The notes under the pieces are model-generated. The model worked only from the letters and a program-made list of their open reading frames with translations. It had not been told where the DNA came from and searched no databases. Positions 24,942 to 38,306 of a stretch of DNA of 64,000 nt are shown in pieces (positions within the stretch are counted from its first letter, which is position 1; each line of letters opens with the position of its first letter). Location of the stretch: positions 74,772,001-74,836,000 of the forward strand of contig OX597817.1 of assembly GCA_951406725.2 (NCBI GenBank), read 5' to 3'. A program made the translations under genes and the position numbers. Origin of the DNA: Octopus vulgaris (Eukaryota).

Positions 24942-25363
24942 GGAACATACATGATGGTATGGCTAACAATTTTGCTTCCCAGCACATGATTTTGGGTTTA
25001 GTCCTACTGTGTGGCAACTCGGGCTGACGTCTTCTGCTATAGACCCTAGCCAAAAAAAGCCTTGTGAAGGAATTTGGCTGGCAGAAACTGAAAGAAGTCT
25101 GTTGTGTATATTTATATCTCCTTGTCTTGACATTATGTTATCATCATACAAGCAATGTTATTTGCTTCCAATCATGCTGGGAGGGAAAAAAACAAACAAA
25201 CAAAAAAAAAAACATACTTGGTTTTGGGAAAATATTACTTGCTTGAAAATAGGTGAGGGTTGGCAACAAAAAGGTTGCTGATTGTAGAAAATTTGCCTCA
25301 GTGGATTCTTTTTGAATTGCATGAGCATGGAAAAGTGGATGTTATGATGATGATGATGATGAT
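24942..25363 (+). mobile_element. SINE family C (family-A head + RTE-like 3' tail)
   Basis: Head gggtttagtcctactgtgtggc...gaaactgaaagaag; tail ggtgagggttggcaac...gcatggaaaagtggatgttatgatgatgatg. Confidence 0.75.
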
Positions 25364-25459
25364 CTGTCACTGACAGCAGAAACCCTGTAACCACCATTCA
25401 GTCCTTCAATTTATTTGTTTAAAACCTCAATGTAATTAAATGGAAGACAATTATTTCTT

Positions 25460-25853
25460 CATCATCATCATCATCAAATCCACTTTTCTATGCTCTCATG
25501 GTGAGACAGAATTTGTTGAAGCAGATTTTCTATGGCTGGGTACTCTTCCAGTCACCAACATTCACCTGTTTCCAAATAAGGTAATATTTCTCAATGGCCA
25601 GACATGATTTCATGGAACATTGTTAATGAACAGCACTGTATGGCAGTGACACTTGCTTTACAATGTGGCAGTCTAAACAAAGATACACATACATATATGG
25701 CTTCTTTCCATTTCCATCTACTAGATCTACCCGCAAGACTTTGGTGAGCCTGGAATTATAGTAGAAGACCCTTACTCAAGGTGACATGTAATGAGACCGA
25801 ACCCAGTACCACATGGTTGGAAAGCAAACTTCTTAACCATACAGCTATGCCTG
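25460..25853 (-). mobile_element. SINE family C
   Basis: (CAT)n, ccacttttctatgc..., then reverse-complement family-A head ending aaccatacagctatgcctg. Confidence 0.78.
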
Positions 25854-26358
25854 AGTCTTTATTGATAAAAATATATTCTTAGTACACATGTCTCTGTGTT
25901 GTAAATTTCCTTAACTGTCAATTGCCTAATCTACACCAGTTAATCTACTGTAGGTATTAATTGCTAGATAAACAGTCTGAAAGAGTGTGCATGTAATTTT
26001 AACTATACTGGAAGGAGACCCACTTAAGTTGAAATCCCAGTTCCTTTGTTTGTTAGATATGTTTGTTCTCTCTAGGGATTATAACCCACAAATTGTTAAA
26101 TACTTGCATATACAGAATTTATATGTAATATTTTATATGGACATAATATTGGTAATTTGTAAGGGAGTGGTAGTGTAGTCATTTGAATCAAAATTAGTAC
26201 ATAATTAATACTTGTTCTGTTGACTCTTAAGGGATATAAAGTGGAATTAAATATTGTAGAGCATTTAGTCCAAACATCTATCATTTATGCCTTGTCACTT
26301 CCTAAGTAAAGGCAACAGTAAGTTATAGATAGAAGACTAGAAATTTGTAGAGAGTTTA

Positions 26359-26740
26359 GGCGTAGGAGTGGCTGTGTGGTAAGTAGCTTGCTTACCAACC
26401 ACATGGTTCCGGGTTCAGTCCCACTGCATGGCACCTTGGGCAAGTGTCTTCTACTAGAGCTTCGGGCCAACCAAAGCCTTGTGAGTGGATTTGGTAGACG
26501 GAAACTGAAAGAAGCCCGTTGTATATATGTATGTATGTGTGTTTGTGTTTGTCCCCCCAATATCGCTTGACAACCGATACTAGTGTGTTTACGTCCCCGA
26601 AACTCAGCTGTTCGGCAAAAGAGACCGATAGAATAAGTACTTGGCTTACAAAGAATAGGTCCTGGGGTCGATTTGCTCGACTAAAGGCGGTGCTCCAGCA
26701 TGGCCACAGTCAAATGACTGAAACAAGTAAAAGAGTAAAA
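26359..26740 (+). mobile_element. SINE family A, full length
   Basis: Near-consensus copy; 10-bp TSD agagagttta (26349-26358, 26741-26750). Confidence 0.93.
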
Positions 26741-26956
26741 AGAGAGTTTAATCAATTCCAATACTTGACTTGGTATTGTGTTTCATTGGAAGGATGAAAG
26801 ACAGAGATGAACTCTGAACATAAAAGGCCATAACTAAATAGTGCAAAACAGTACTCTAATGATTCTGCCTATGCGTCACCGCTATTATAATAATTGATCT
26901 TGAAGCAGCTATAAAATAATAATAATGATGATGATAATATAATAATAATGATAATA

Positions 26957-27398
26957 GGGACTTCCCTATAAAGACTGACCATACTATTGAAACAAGGAAA
27001 CCAGATATGGTTGTAGAAGAAACAATAAACAAACTGTGTAAGATCATAGATTTTATAATTCCTAATGATAAAAGAGTTGATACCAAAGAAATTGAAAAAA
27101 AAAAAGAGAAATATCAGGACCTAGCCAGAGAGCTGAAGAGACTGTGGGTAACTAAAACAGCAGTTATATTATACACGTGATAATTGGTCATTTGATACAA
27201 TACCCAAACTGCTACCCAAGAGACTGAAGTTATGGAATTGAGACTTGTACTGTTGACCTGCTGAAAAGTATCATCCTGTATTTTGCAAGAATTCTAAGAT
27301 TCTTGGGATTTGAGGAGACTTGTCACCAAACCTCAAAAGAACATTAGCTTAATAATAATAATAATAATTATTATTATGATAATAAAAATAATAATAAG
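26957..27398 (+). mobile_element. 3' fragment of a Dong/R4-clade non-LTR retrotransposon (restriction-like endonuclease domain)
   Basis: DFPIKTDHTIETRKPDMVV..KLCKIIDFIIPND..KEIEK..KYQDLARELKRLW..ARILR = PD-(D/E)xK REL domain. Short 3' UTR, (TAA)n on both sides. Confidence 0.85.
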
Positions 27399-27582
27399 AT
27401 TGATTTTTAACATGGACTCATGATCACAGATTTTGGGGAGAGGATTATACTGGATGATATTTCCCTCTAGTGTTTCCACAGGTGCTTTATTTCGTTGATC
27501 CTCAGAAAATCAAAAGGCAAAATCGACATTGACAGTATTTGATCTCAGATTCTAAAGAGATATAACTAAACACTAAGATACT

Positions 27583-27977
27583 GGCGCAGGAGTGGCTGTG
27601 TGGTAAGTAGCTTGCTAACCAACCACATGGTTCCGGTTCAGTCCCACTGCGTGGCATCTTGGGCAAGTGTCTTCTGCTATAGCCCCGGGCCGACCAATGC
27701 CTTGTGAGCGGATTTGGTAGACGGAAACTGAAAGAAGCCTGTCGTATATATGTGTATGTGTGTGTTTGTGTGTTTGTCCTCCTAGCATTGCTTGACAACT
27801 GATGCTGGTGTGTTTACTACCCCGTCACTTAGCGGTTCGGCAAAGGAGACCGATAGAATAAGTACTGGGCTTACAAAGAATAAGTCCTGGGGTCGATTTG
27901 CTCGACTAAAGGCAGTGCTCCAGCATGCCGCAGTCAAATGACTGAAACAAGTAAAAGAGTAAAGAGTAAAAAAGAGT
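27583..27977 (+). mobile_element. SINE family A, full length
   Basis: Near-consensus copy with (gtaaaaga)n tail; short atact duplication at the ends. Confidence 0.92.
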
Positions 27978-28047
27978 AATACTAAGTCTGTTGCTTCACT
28001 GATTGTGCCAATTCCAAATAATGATGATGATGATGATGACGACAATG

Positions 28048-28251
28048 ACCCTCTCTACTAAAGACACAAGGCCTGATATTTATTGGGAGGGGACTAGTTG
28101 ATTACATCGACCCCAGTGTTTCACTGGTACTTAATTTATCAACCTTGAAAGGATGAGAGGCAAAGTTGATCTCTGTGTAATTTGAACTCAGAATGTAAAG
28201 ATGAAATCTGCTAAGCACTTTGTCTGGCATGCTAATGATTCCTGCTTCACC
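28048..28251 (-). mobile_element. SINE family B, degenerate (tail type 2)
   Basis: Reverse complement matches the 10409-10623 core and tail. Confidence 0.8.
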
Positions 28252-29287
28252 AATTTTACCCCTCCCTCCATAATAATAATAATAATAATGATCATATCAC
28301 AAAAACATATAGAATTAATGATTATAATAGCAGAGAATTATTATTATTAAAGCAGAGTGGAAATTTCAGGTTTTCTGAAATAGGATATTGTTGAATATAA
28401 ATCACATTTATTATATAGATCCTTTTTATCCCCCTTTTCTTTCTCTCTGACATATTTTGGAATTTGTTAATAACAATCTACAATAAATCTTTTTTTCTCT
28501 CTCCCTAGTTATTTACTTTTTTTCTTTTTAGAGTGTCTTTTGTGATTCAAAAAAGATTTTTGCTTTGGATAATTTAAGTATCTTTATACGTTTCGTCTCA
28601 GTTGGTAGGCTTTTTTTCTTCTTGTGTCTGTGTTTGCATGCACATACACACGTGTGTGTGTGTGTGTGTGTGTGTTGAATTCTTGTCAATAGTATTTTTG
28701 CATTGATTTCTATGTAAAAGTATCTTTGCTCAGTCTCCCCCCCCCCCACCTCTTTTTCCTATTTAAACCTATCAATACTTTGTATTGACTGTTAGAAAAT
28801 GCTAGATAGTGTGTGTTGTTGTTTATTGTCTGTTCGAAAGTGTCATCCTTGCTGCATTTGAAACCTAGAGCAAAAAATATCAGTTTACTTTCTCATATGA
28901 ATGGCTTAGCTTTCCACCTCCATTATAAAATCTTTGAAATGTCATAAGTTCATTTGATTTGTATGTGTGTAAGTGAGGAGAGAGCAAGCCTCTGTGTGTG
29001 TGTGTGTGTGTGTGTGTACCTACACATGCTCTTGTATGAAAGGATTGAGTTACTTCCTCCTAATTTAAGGAAAATTATTGATGGAAGCTATGATTAGAGT
29101 AGGTTTAGTACAGCATCAGGGATGGTGTTTAGGCCTTAATGGTATGACACCCAGGTTTAGGAGCAAAGTGTTAATAGGCTCAACTGTAATTAGCTTCTAG
29201 AGCATTTCTATCATTAACATAAATTCAGTGTATGTATGTATGCATGTGTATAAATAGATGTATCTATGTTAAGTGTGTGAGTGTATA

Positions 29288-29320
<33 letters not shown>

Positions 29321-30357
29321 AATACAAGTTGCTTATATTTCTGTAGGAAATAGATATGAGCTGTACAATTAAGTATTTACATACTTGGCACTTATTTCTT
29401 CCTAGTTAGTTAAAACACCCTTTCGTAAGAGCAAAATAAATATATAAAGAAATAAATCTTTAGTTATTTATTCAGTCAATATTACAGTTCTGTTTAAAAT
29501 ATCCCTCACATGCACGCGTGCACACACACACACAATTTACTCAAAAAATTGGCAGCATTTGATACATGAAGAAAAAGAGGTTTATAGCATAAATCTGTTG
29601 CTTCTTTTTTTTTGTTATCCAATTGATTTTAACTTAGAATGAGATGTTTGAAGCAATTGTAATTGAGAACTGTGGAAAATCTAGCAGCCCAGTGTCAATT
29701 GAAAATCCTTCTATTGTCTGCATAGAGATGAGTGAGTAATAGACTGTTTTAACAGTCTATTACATTTATTATATCCTTTATAATATACTATTAAGGGACT
29801 GGTTTGGAAACAATTTATTTCACTTAATAGAATGCATAACTAGCTGAAGGTTGACTTCTTTTGTTCCCCACCCCCTTTTTTAATGTAGTGAAATCATTTT
29901 ATCTTTGAGAACATTTTTTAATACTAAAAAGTTAACGAGTCTGTTGTTTTATTGATTGTCTTGTATTGTTCTCTCTGTGCTAAACTGAAAAATCTTCATT
30001 GTTTATAAATTATCAATTTATGCATTTATTGCATTCAGTTTCTCTTTGTTACATTTCGTATTTACAATTTGTAAATTAATCTTGTATCCATCCATCTATT
30101 CCTGTCTTCTTTCTGGCTACAAAGTCAATTAGACAAATTAGAAGTGTTTTGGTGGAACTTAATAGTGAGAATAATGATGTGTTTGGATGTTGAGGATATC
30201 ATAAAGAGGAAATAGACTGATGATCATAAACAATAACATACCTATTCATACTTGAAGGTTACACAATGTGGTTTTGACCTCATTGTGCGTCTCTTCAGTC
30301 AAAGCTAGCCCAGATCACTGAAACTAAACAAGAATTGTGGTTTTTGTTTATAGAAAT

Positions 30358-30720
30358 CAGCTGTGTGGTAAGAAGCTTAATTTCTAACCACATTGTTCTG
30401 GGTTCAGTCCCACTGTGTGGCACCTTGAGCAAGTGTCTTCTACTATATCCTCAGGCTGATCAAAGCCTTGTGAGTGAATTTGGTGGACAGAAAGTGATAA
30501 AAGCCCAGTATGTGTTTGTTCCTTACCACTGCTTGACAACCGTTGTTGGTGTGTTTACTTTCCCGTAACTTAGTGGTTTGACAAAAGAGACTGATAGAAT
30601 AAGTACAAGGCTGTAAAAAATAAGTACTGGGATCAATTCATTCGACTAAAAATTCTTCAAGGTGGTGCTCTAGCATGGCCATAGTCTAATGACTAAAACA
30701 AATAAAAAATAAAATAAAAT
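30358..30720 (+). mobile_element. SINE family A, older copy
   Basis: ctgtgtggtaagaagc...gggttcagtcccactgtgtggcaccttgagcaagtgtc...gcatggccatagtctaatgactaaaac. Confidence 0.85.
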
Positions 30721-30806
30721 ATGATTAAGTGATGTGTACTGATGTCTGCCAAGTTGATAATTCATTAGGTGCATGTAAAACAATGTGAATATAGACAATA
30801 ACATGT

Positions 30807-31681
30807 TCTTTTGCTTGTTTCAGTCATTTGACTGCGGTCATGCTGGAGCACCATATTTAGTCAAACAAATTGCCCCCAGGATTTATTCTTTGTAAGCTTA
30901 GTACTCATTCTATCAGCCTCTTTTGCCAAACCGCTAAGTTATGGGGACATAAACACACAAACATCGGTTGTCAAGCAATGGTGGGCAGACAAACACAGAC
31001 ACACAAATGCATATGTATATATCATCATTTGATGTCCATTGTCCATGCTGGCATGGGTTGGATAGTTGGACCAGGGTTGGTTAGCTGGAAGCCTGCACCA
31101 GACTCCAGTCTGATTTGGCATGGTTTTCTATGGCTGGATGCCCTTCCTAATGCTAACCTTTTTGAGAGTGTAATGGGTGCTTTTATGTGCCACTGTCAAG
31201 GGGACCATTTGTGTGACACTAGTATCTGCCACAACTATGATTTTGCTCAGCTTGATGGGGCTTCTTCTCAAACATGACATAATGCCAAAGGTCTCGGTCA
31301 TTGCCTCCATGAGGCCCTACACTTGAAAGGAACTCAGCTGCTTTGCCTTCCTGAAGCCCAGCGCTGAAAAGGAACTCAGCCACTTTGTCTCCATGAGACC
31401 CAACACTCAAAAGGTGCTCTTTACATGCCACTGGCACAGATGCCAGTTATGTGACACCAGCATCAGCTATGACTATGATATCACTTGGCTTCATGGGTCT
31501 TCTCAGGCACAGCATATCATGTATCTATATATGACGAGCTTCTTTCAGTTTCTGTCTACCAAATCCATTCACAAAGCTTTGTTTGGCCCAAGACACCTGC
31601 CCAGGATGCCATGCAGTGAGACTGAATGCAGAACCATGTGGTTGGGAAGCAAGCTTCTTACAACACAGCCACTCCTGCGCC
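30807..31681 (-). mobile_element. SINE family A split by an RTE 3' UTR fragment (~31021-31515)
   Basis: Tail half 30807-31015 and head half ~31520-31681 (cacagccactcctgcgcc). The insert begins with (CAT)n and ccatgctggcatggg and shares UTR sequence with 46311-46440. Confidence 0.8.
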
Positions 31682-32618
31682 TATCTATTCTTAATACATG
31701 CCAGCTCATTTGAATATGAATTCTCTAATTGCCGTTGTATTTTACCTTGAAGAACATTGTCCTAGGGATTTCGAGACACTGAAGTGTTTCAAACTTTTGA
31801 TTGCATAAACTCTACCTTCTCATGAATATATTCAGTTTGAAATTTAAAGTTTTAGCTAATGTGACACCAGTTCTAAAATGCCATTGAAAAATGTTTTTTT
31901 TTTTATTTATGAAAAGGATTTTAAATACACATGGAAACATGTAATATAAAATAAGGAAATTTTTAAAGAAATTTTTAAATGTTAATTTTTTTTTTCAATA
32001 TTAATTTCATATTACCTTGGTTAATATTTAATGTATAAGAGAAATAAGCTTTTGACAATCCATGCTTATGAAGTAGCTTTCAAGTTTAAGATGGATTCAA
32101 TTTGCACAATTTTGTAATTATATAGTTGATGGTAGAGGGGTCACTTTCATGATCTTTGCAGGCCCACCCAAGTTTAAAAGATAAGAATGATGAATAATGC
32201 AATGCAAAAATATCAGTCATATACTGTTTTTGGTGCTTCTGCTGGTGGGTTGCACTACCACATGGTACCAGTTAGTTCACTGGTACTCAGGTTATCAACT
32301 GTCAGCTAGTAAACTCAAGTTTTATCAATTGGGCCAGCTGTGGTTCTCTCATTAACAGATAAGAGGATATTAATAATAGAAAGGATCATTAATAAAAAAA
32401 AAAAGGATTAGCTGCAATAGCATTCAAAAAGTTTATCCTTGATGCTTGATAGGAAATTTCCAATCCAAAAGAACAAGAAAAACAATCACTAGTTGATTTT
32501 CATTTATAGAAACTATGCTGGAGTTTAGTGAGTAATGGTTGATGATTTGAAGAACTACTGGGTGATGGAAGTTTCTATTGCCAGTCATTTTGGAGGTAAT
32601 AGTAGTCAATCAACTGTT

Positions 32619-33158
32619 CATCATCATTGTTTAGCATCTGCTTTCCATGCTGGCATGGGTTGGATGGTTTGACATGGAACTAGCTAACAGGGAGCTGTCC
32701 AGGCTACAACTATCTGTTGTGGCATGATTTCTACCGCTGGATGCCCTTCTTAATGCCAACCACTTAACAGAGTGTGCTGGGTGCTTTTTATGTGCCAGTG
32801 ACATGGGTGTGCTTATGCAGCACCAACATTGTTGCATTAATGCAGCACCAGCACAGGTGCTTTTTAAGGGGCACTGGCACCTGAAAGAACAAGCCTGTAT
32901 GTGTGGAAGACAATGATTTTACTTAGCTTAACATGTCTTATCAAGCACAGCAAATTGCCACATCACCCAGTCTCTTGTCATTTCTTCAGTGAGACCCAGC
33001 ATCTGAAGATCCTTTCTCACCACTTCTTCCCCACATCTTCCTGGGTTTAGTCCTTCCACAAGTACTCTCCACAATTAGAGCTTGGCACTTCTTTATGCAG
33101 CTGTCCTCATCCACATGAACCTCATGATCAAACCAACATAGTCTTCTCTCTTGCACAC
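32619..33158 (-). mobile_element. Older RTE LINE 3' fragment (ORF C-terminus + UTR + tail)
   Basis: Reverse complement of 32990-33158 is homologous to VQERRLRW..H..RMDED..GRPRKTW; tail (CAT)n at 32619. Confidence 0.8.
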
Positions 33159-33381
33159 AACTGTTGAAAGAATCATTTGGGATGAAGTGTTCTGTTACAT
33201 GGTTACACTGAGAATAGTTAGATCCTCATGGCAACAGTGAAATTGATGAATTTTGGAAAAGATGGAAGGATACAGTTTTAAATGAGAGAGCGAGAGAGAT
33301 AGTATGTGTGTGTGTGTTTGCTACCAAAGACATTATGTTGATATGGATTTTTCTAGAAATATTGAGAAAAGACTTATAGCT

Positions 33382-33622
33382 TTATCCTTTGGCATTCACA
33401 TTACTGTGTCAAATGCAATGCTTGTTTATTCACATAGTTTTGAATTAATCACGCATTATCTTATAGCTTCAAGATTTTGATGATGTAATTGTTTATCTTT
33501 ATAGTCGATTTGTAGGATAGGGTGTGAGAGGCTGGATCTGGCTGGCTTGAATATAAAGCAGATAGAATATTTGGACTAGATATAGCTGGTTTAAATGCCA
33601 AAGGTTTAAACCAAAGGGTTAA
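33382..33622 (+). mobile_element. piggyBac-like MITE family D
   Basis: Same body as the 9931 and 16963 copies; ends ccaaagggttaa. Confidence 0.75.
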
Positions 33623-34315
33623 TTTTATTTTGGAATAAAGAAGAACATATCCTTTCCTTTAAAAACAAGTTAAGATTGGTAACTGGAAGAGCATCCAGCT
33701 GTAAAATCCTGCCTCAAAATAACTCTTTCGTTCTAAGCCATGTTAGCATGGAAAATCAGATGTTAAAACAAAGAAATGAATCAATGAACTCTTGTATGTG
33801 TGAAATTTATAACTGAGCAGTGTAACTTTATAGATAACATTTGTTGATTTTGCTGGAGGACAAGAAAACATGTTTTGAACAAGCAGTATCAGGTCGTTAG
33901 CCTTTTCATATACACAATATTAGTATTTTAACAATAGAATTTTAAAATTGGTACAGTGACCCATTAAATAAAATAGAATAAACATTGCTTTTCAAGGAAT
34001 ATAGTTTTAGGTGACTGGAATATGTTGACAGATCTATTTAAAAATATGACGCTTTGTTTCAAATAGTATCTCACCATATATATTCAAGAATAATGTGATC
34101 TTGATTAAAGAAAAGGTGGAAAGTACAGTTTTAAATGAGAGAGAGAGAGTGTGTGTGTGTTTGCTACCAAAGACATGTTGATATGGCATTTAAATCAAGT
34201 ACAATGCAATCACCTAGTTTTTGTTCTAAAAATTGGTGATATATTTTATCTTTTTATGTGATGCAAACTCTGAGTACAACCAGTTAAATATATGTATGGA
34301 TTGCAGCCATGCTGG

Positions 34316-34527
34316 CTGGGCTGTGGAGTCAAAACAAAAAAAAAACTTCACCCCCAATTCCGACTCCAACTCCTGGTCTACATATCTCATAAAGCATATG
34401 CATATGCTTGTACTTTGAGTAGGCCTATATGTTATAACTGGTTTATATTAAAGAATAAAGACATTCTGTGTCGGAATTAGAGTTGGTATACTTTTACTGA
34501 CTCCACAACTCTGACTCCACAGCCTTG
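34316..34527. mobile_element. hAT-type MITE inserted in a minus-strand SINE A tail
   Basis: TIRs ctgggctgtggagtc / gactccacagccttg, internal gactcc repeats, 8-bp TSD catgctgg / catgctag. Confidence 0.8.
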
Positions 34528-34867
34528 CATGCTAGGGCACTGCTATGAAGGGTTTAATCAAACAAATCAACCTCAGTACTTATATTTAAGTGTGGTACTT
34601 ATTCTAGTAGTCTCTTTTGCTGAACTACTAAGTTATGGAGCTGTAAATAAACCAACACCAGTTGTCAAGAAGTGTGGGAGAGTGAATGCACACACAGTGG
34701 CATCCACACAGTTTCCACCTACCAGATTCATTCACAAGACTTTGGTTGGCCTGATGGTATTGTGGTATTGTAGAAGACACTTGCCCAAGGTACCATGCAA
34801 AGAGATTGAACCTGAAACCATGTAGTTGCAAAGTTAGCTTCTTAACCACACAGCCATGTCTGTGCCT
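34528..34867 (-). mobile_element. SINE family A, degenerate
   Basis: Reverse complement of family A, ending cttcttaaccacacagccatgtctgtgcc. Confidence 0.78.
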
Positions 34868-36486
34868 GAATGATTTATTGCAACCCTAATATCTCTGTTA
34901 ATTAACATTTTAAATTGCAATTTTTGAAACTAGTCACTTTTAAACAATAGAGTGTCTAGTCACTCATCACCAGTATGCTAACAGAAGTAACAATTGCCAT
35001 TGGATGTATTTACTAAGTATACAGTGTTTCATAACATGAGACAATAAATGAAGTGTAAATATTTGTTGTTAGATGTCACGAGGCTACCACAGGTCCATTG
35101 TTGCATTTCTTTTTCTTGTTCCTTGTACTTGAGTATTATCCCTCAGCTCCCTGTTTTGACCCTGATTTTTTCCCCCCTTATTAAATTTCATGCATTATGC
35201 ATGCGTTTGTTTGTTGGTTTCTTTTGATGCCCACTTTTCTATGCTATAGAGAACTATTTGAAGCAGGATTTTGAGGCTAGATGCTCTTCCTAGTGCCAAT
35301 CCATGTTTTTCAAGTAAGAGATTTTTGTCTCCCAGAAGTCTTTGAAAATACAGAAACCACTCATAACATCAAGAAGTATTGTGAGCATAATCATTGTTTC
35401 ACTTATGTGACAACAAACATAGAATGTTATTCATGCACGCTTGTGTGTGCATACATGCACATGCACACATAAACACATACTCACTCTTATATAAACACGA
35501 CTAGCCTTCTGTAGTTTTCAGCTACTATATTCACTCACAAGACATGGATCAGCCCAGGGTTGGAGTAAAAGATACCTAGGTTGCCATGCAGAGAGATTAA
35601 ACCCAAAACCACAGGACTGCAAAGCAGACTTTGTAATCATGCATTCATGCCTGCAAACTTCTTAACATCAAAACTACATCTGCACCTATGAACATGCTGG
35701 TTTGCTGACTTTTATTATTTTACATTTAGACTTCATGTGTATACTCTTGTTTTCTTATGTACTATGTGTGTTTGATATCGTTAGGTAATTTATTTACTTT
35801 TAATGATAATGTAGTTAACATTGCGTTAAGTTTGTATTATTTAATTATCTAACAGTTTTTTGAATTCTGGGGAAAATGAATAAAAACTTTTACTGGAAGG
35901 TTTTATTAATTTTTAATGGAGAATTAATATGTTGTTATAAAATTTGTTTGAAGTTGCTTTAGTTGGTATTCATAGCGCGTTTTCTTTTTTAAGTATTTTT
36001 TTTTGTGGATATCCTATATTAGATAAATATTTAGTTACTTTAAAGATGTTTTTTTTTTTACTGTATGTTTAAGATACTGAAAATATTTTAAAAAATTATG
36101 TATAAAATCAAATATAATTGGGATTGGTGAGAGTAATTTATAAGAACTTTCCTCTTAAGTTTTGTAAGACTGGTATCTTAGTTAAAGATGACAATCTTAC
36201 AAAACTACTGTTGAATTGATAAACCTTGTATTTTTAGTATTTTGGTATTGTGGTGTCAATAAGGTGCAATTAAATTTTCTGAAGTAGTAGTCATGATGAC
36301 TAAGTAGGTAGACTATAAAGTTGTTATTACAAAGTAATAACAAATTAACTTTAAAATGTTATTCTTCTTTTTTATATTATTGATATTTATCATGTTGAAT
36401 ACTTTTTGATGTAATTTTCTGTTTTATCATGTTTTGAAAGTATTATATTACTATATGTTTACTAGTAAATGTTTTTATTTTTCATC

Positions 36487-36519
<33 letters not shown>

Positions 36520-36799
36520 ACACACAGATACACACACTTGTTTTTATGTATGTGTGTCTGCACACACACACTCAAACATGGGTCATTAACCTTCTTAAAT
36601 TCTGATGTAAGTTGAATACTGCCTCACCTTGTATCTATATTTCTGTTCTCTCACTGTATTATCTCTGTTGTTATGTAATCTGTTGTTTTGAAGGGTGGTC
36701 TGAATTAAACAACTCTGACATATCAGTTGTTTTTCATTTTTCTTTAGTGCAAACAGTGTGTTTATATTTATAAATTAATTCCTTCAATTTAAATTACAT

Positions 36800-36994
<195 letters not shown>

Positions 36995-37804
36995 ATCCCA
37001 CATAGCAAAAGACTTGTCTTTTCTCATTTTCGAATTGCTTCATGACTATTCTTCCTGGCCTGTACAAGTGGCATATTTTTACAAACTCAGATAGCCGATT
37101 GCCTTTCTCAGGCAGACATTTTAATGTGAAGTGTGAGTAATAACTAGTTTCAGCCCATTTAAAGCAAGTAATGACTATTTCCTTTAAGCAACTTTCTGTA
37201 TTCTCTCTATATGGCCAATGCATAACATAAACCATAGTTTTAGTGACTGGTGTGTTACAGCTAGTGAAATTGATGGGGATGTCAGCTCATTGGCTAATGG
37301 GTCACTTGATTCTAATAATCTTCTAATAATAGTCTCCAAACTGTGTCCATGACCCAAACACGTAGAATTGACGAGTTTTTAGCTAATGTGTAATATTAGG
37401 CTTGGGTGTATATCTCAGAGAGGAAAAAGCTAACTAATAGATCTTGCAATTCTGTGTTCATGGCCCAAACAATTTAACTTTCACTACAAGAGAAGTGTGT
37501 GATTTTTGTTTACTTAGCCCAATAACGACATTTTAACTCAAAATAATTGAAACAAAAGCAATGTATTTCAACAGAAATTTGGTAACTAAAGGATTGAAGA
37601 GGAAAAGCTTCACCAGGTTTGAAATATAAAACATCACAATAGATTTCATTGTGCCCAACAGCTTAATGAATTATGGAACTTATAGAATCAAGAATCAAAA
37701 TTAGAATAAAATGACATAGTGAAAGTCATTTCATTTGATAAGAACAAATTAATTACATGTTTCAGCAGAGAAGTTGCATAGATGCTAACCATTTAATTCT
37801 GAGT

Positions 37805-38252
37805 TTTTATCTTTTATCTTTTTACTGTTTCAGTCATTGGACTGCAGTCATGTTTGGACACCACTGCTTTGTAGGGTTTTAGTCGAATAAATTGACCCCA
37901 GTATTTTTTTTTAGGCATAGCACCTTGTCTCTTTTGCTAAACTGCTAAGTTACGGGGATGTAAACAGACCACTGCCAATTGTCAAGTGGCAGTGGCAGAC
38001 AAGCACAAAGGCACGTGCACACACACACACAAAATATGTGTGGCTGAGTGGAGGTGCAGGTGTACCTGTGTGGAGGCACAAGCATGGCAGTGTAGAGGTG
38101 CAGATGTGACTTTGTAGTAAGAAGCTTGCTTCCCAGCCACATGGTTCTAGGTTCAGTCCTACTGTGTGGTGCCTTAAGCAAGTGTCTCTATTGCCTCAGG
38201 CCAACCAAAGCCTTGTGAGTGGATTTGGTTGATGGAAACTGAAAGAAGCCTG

Positions 38253-38306
<54 letters not shown>

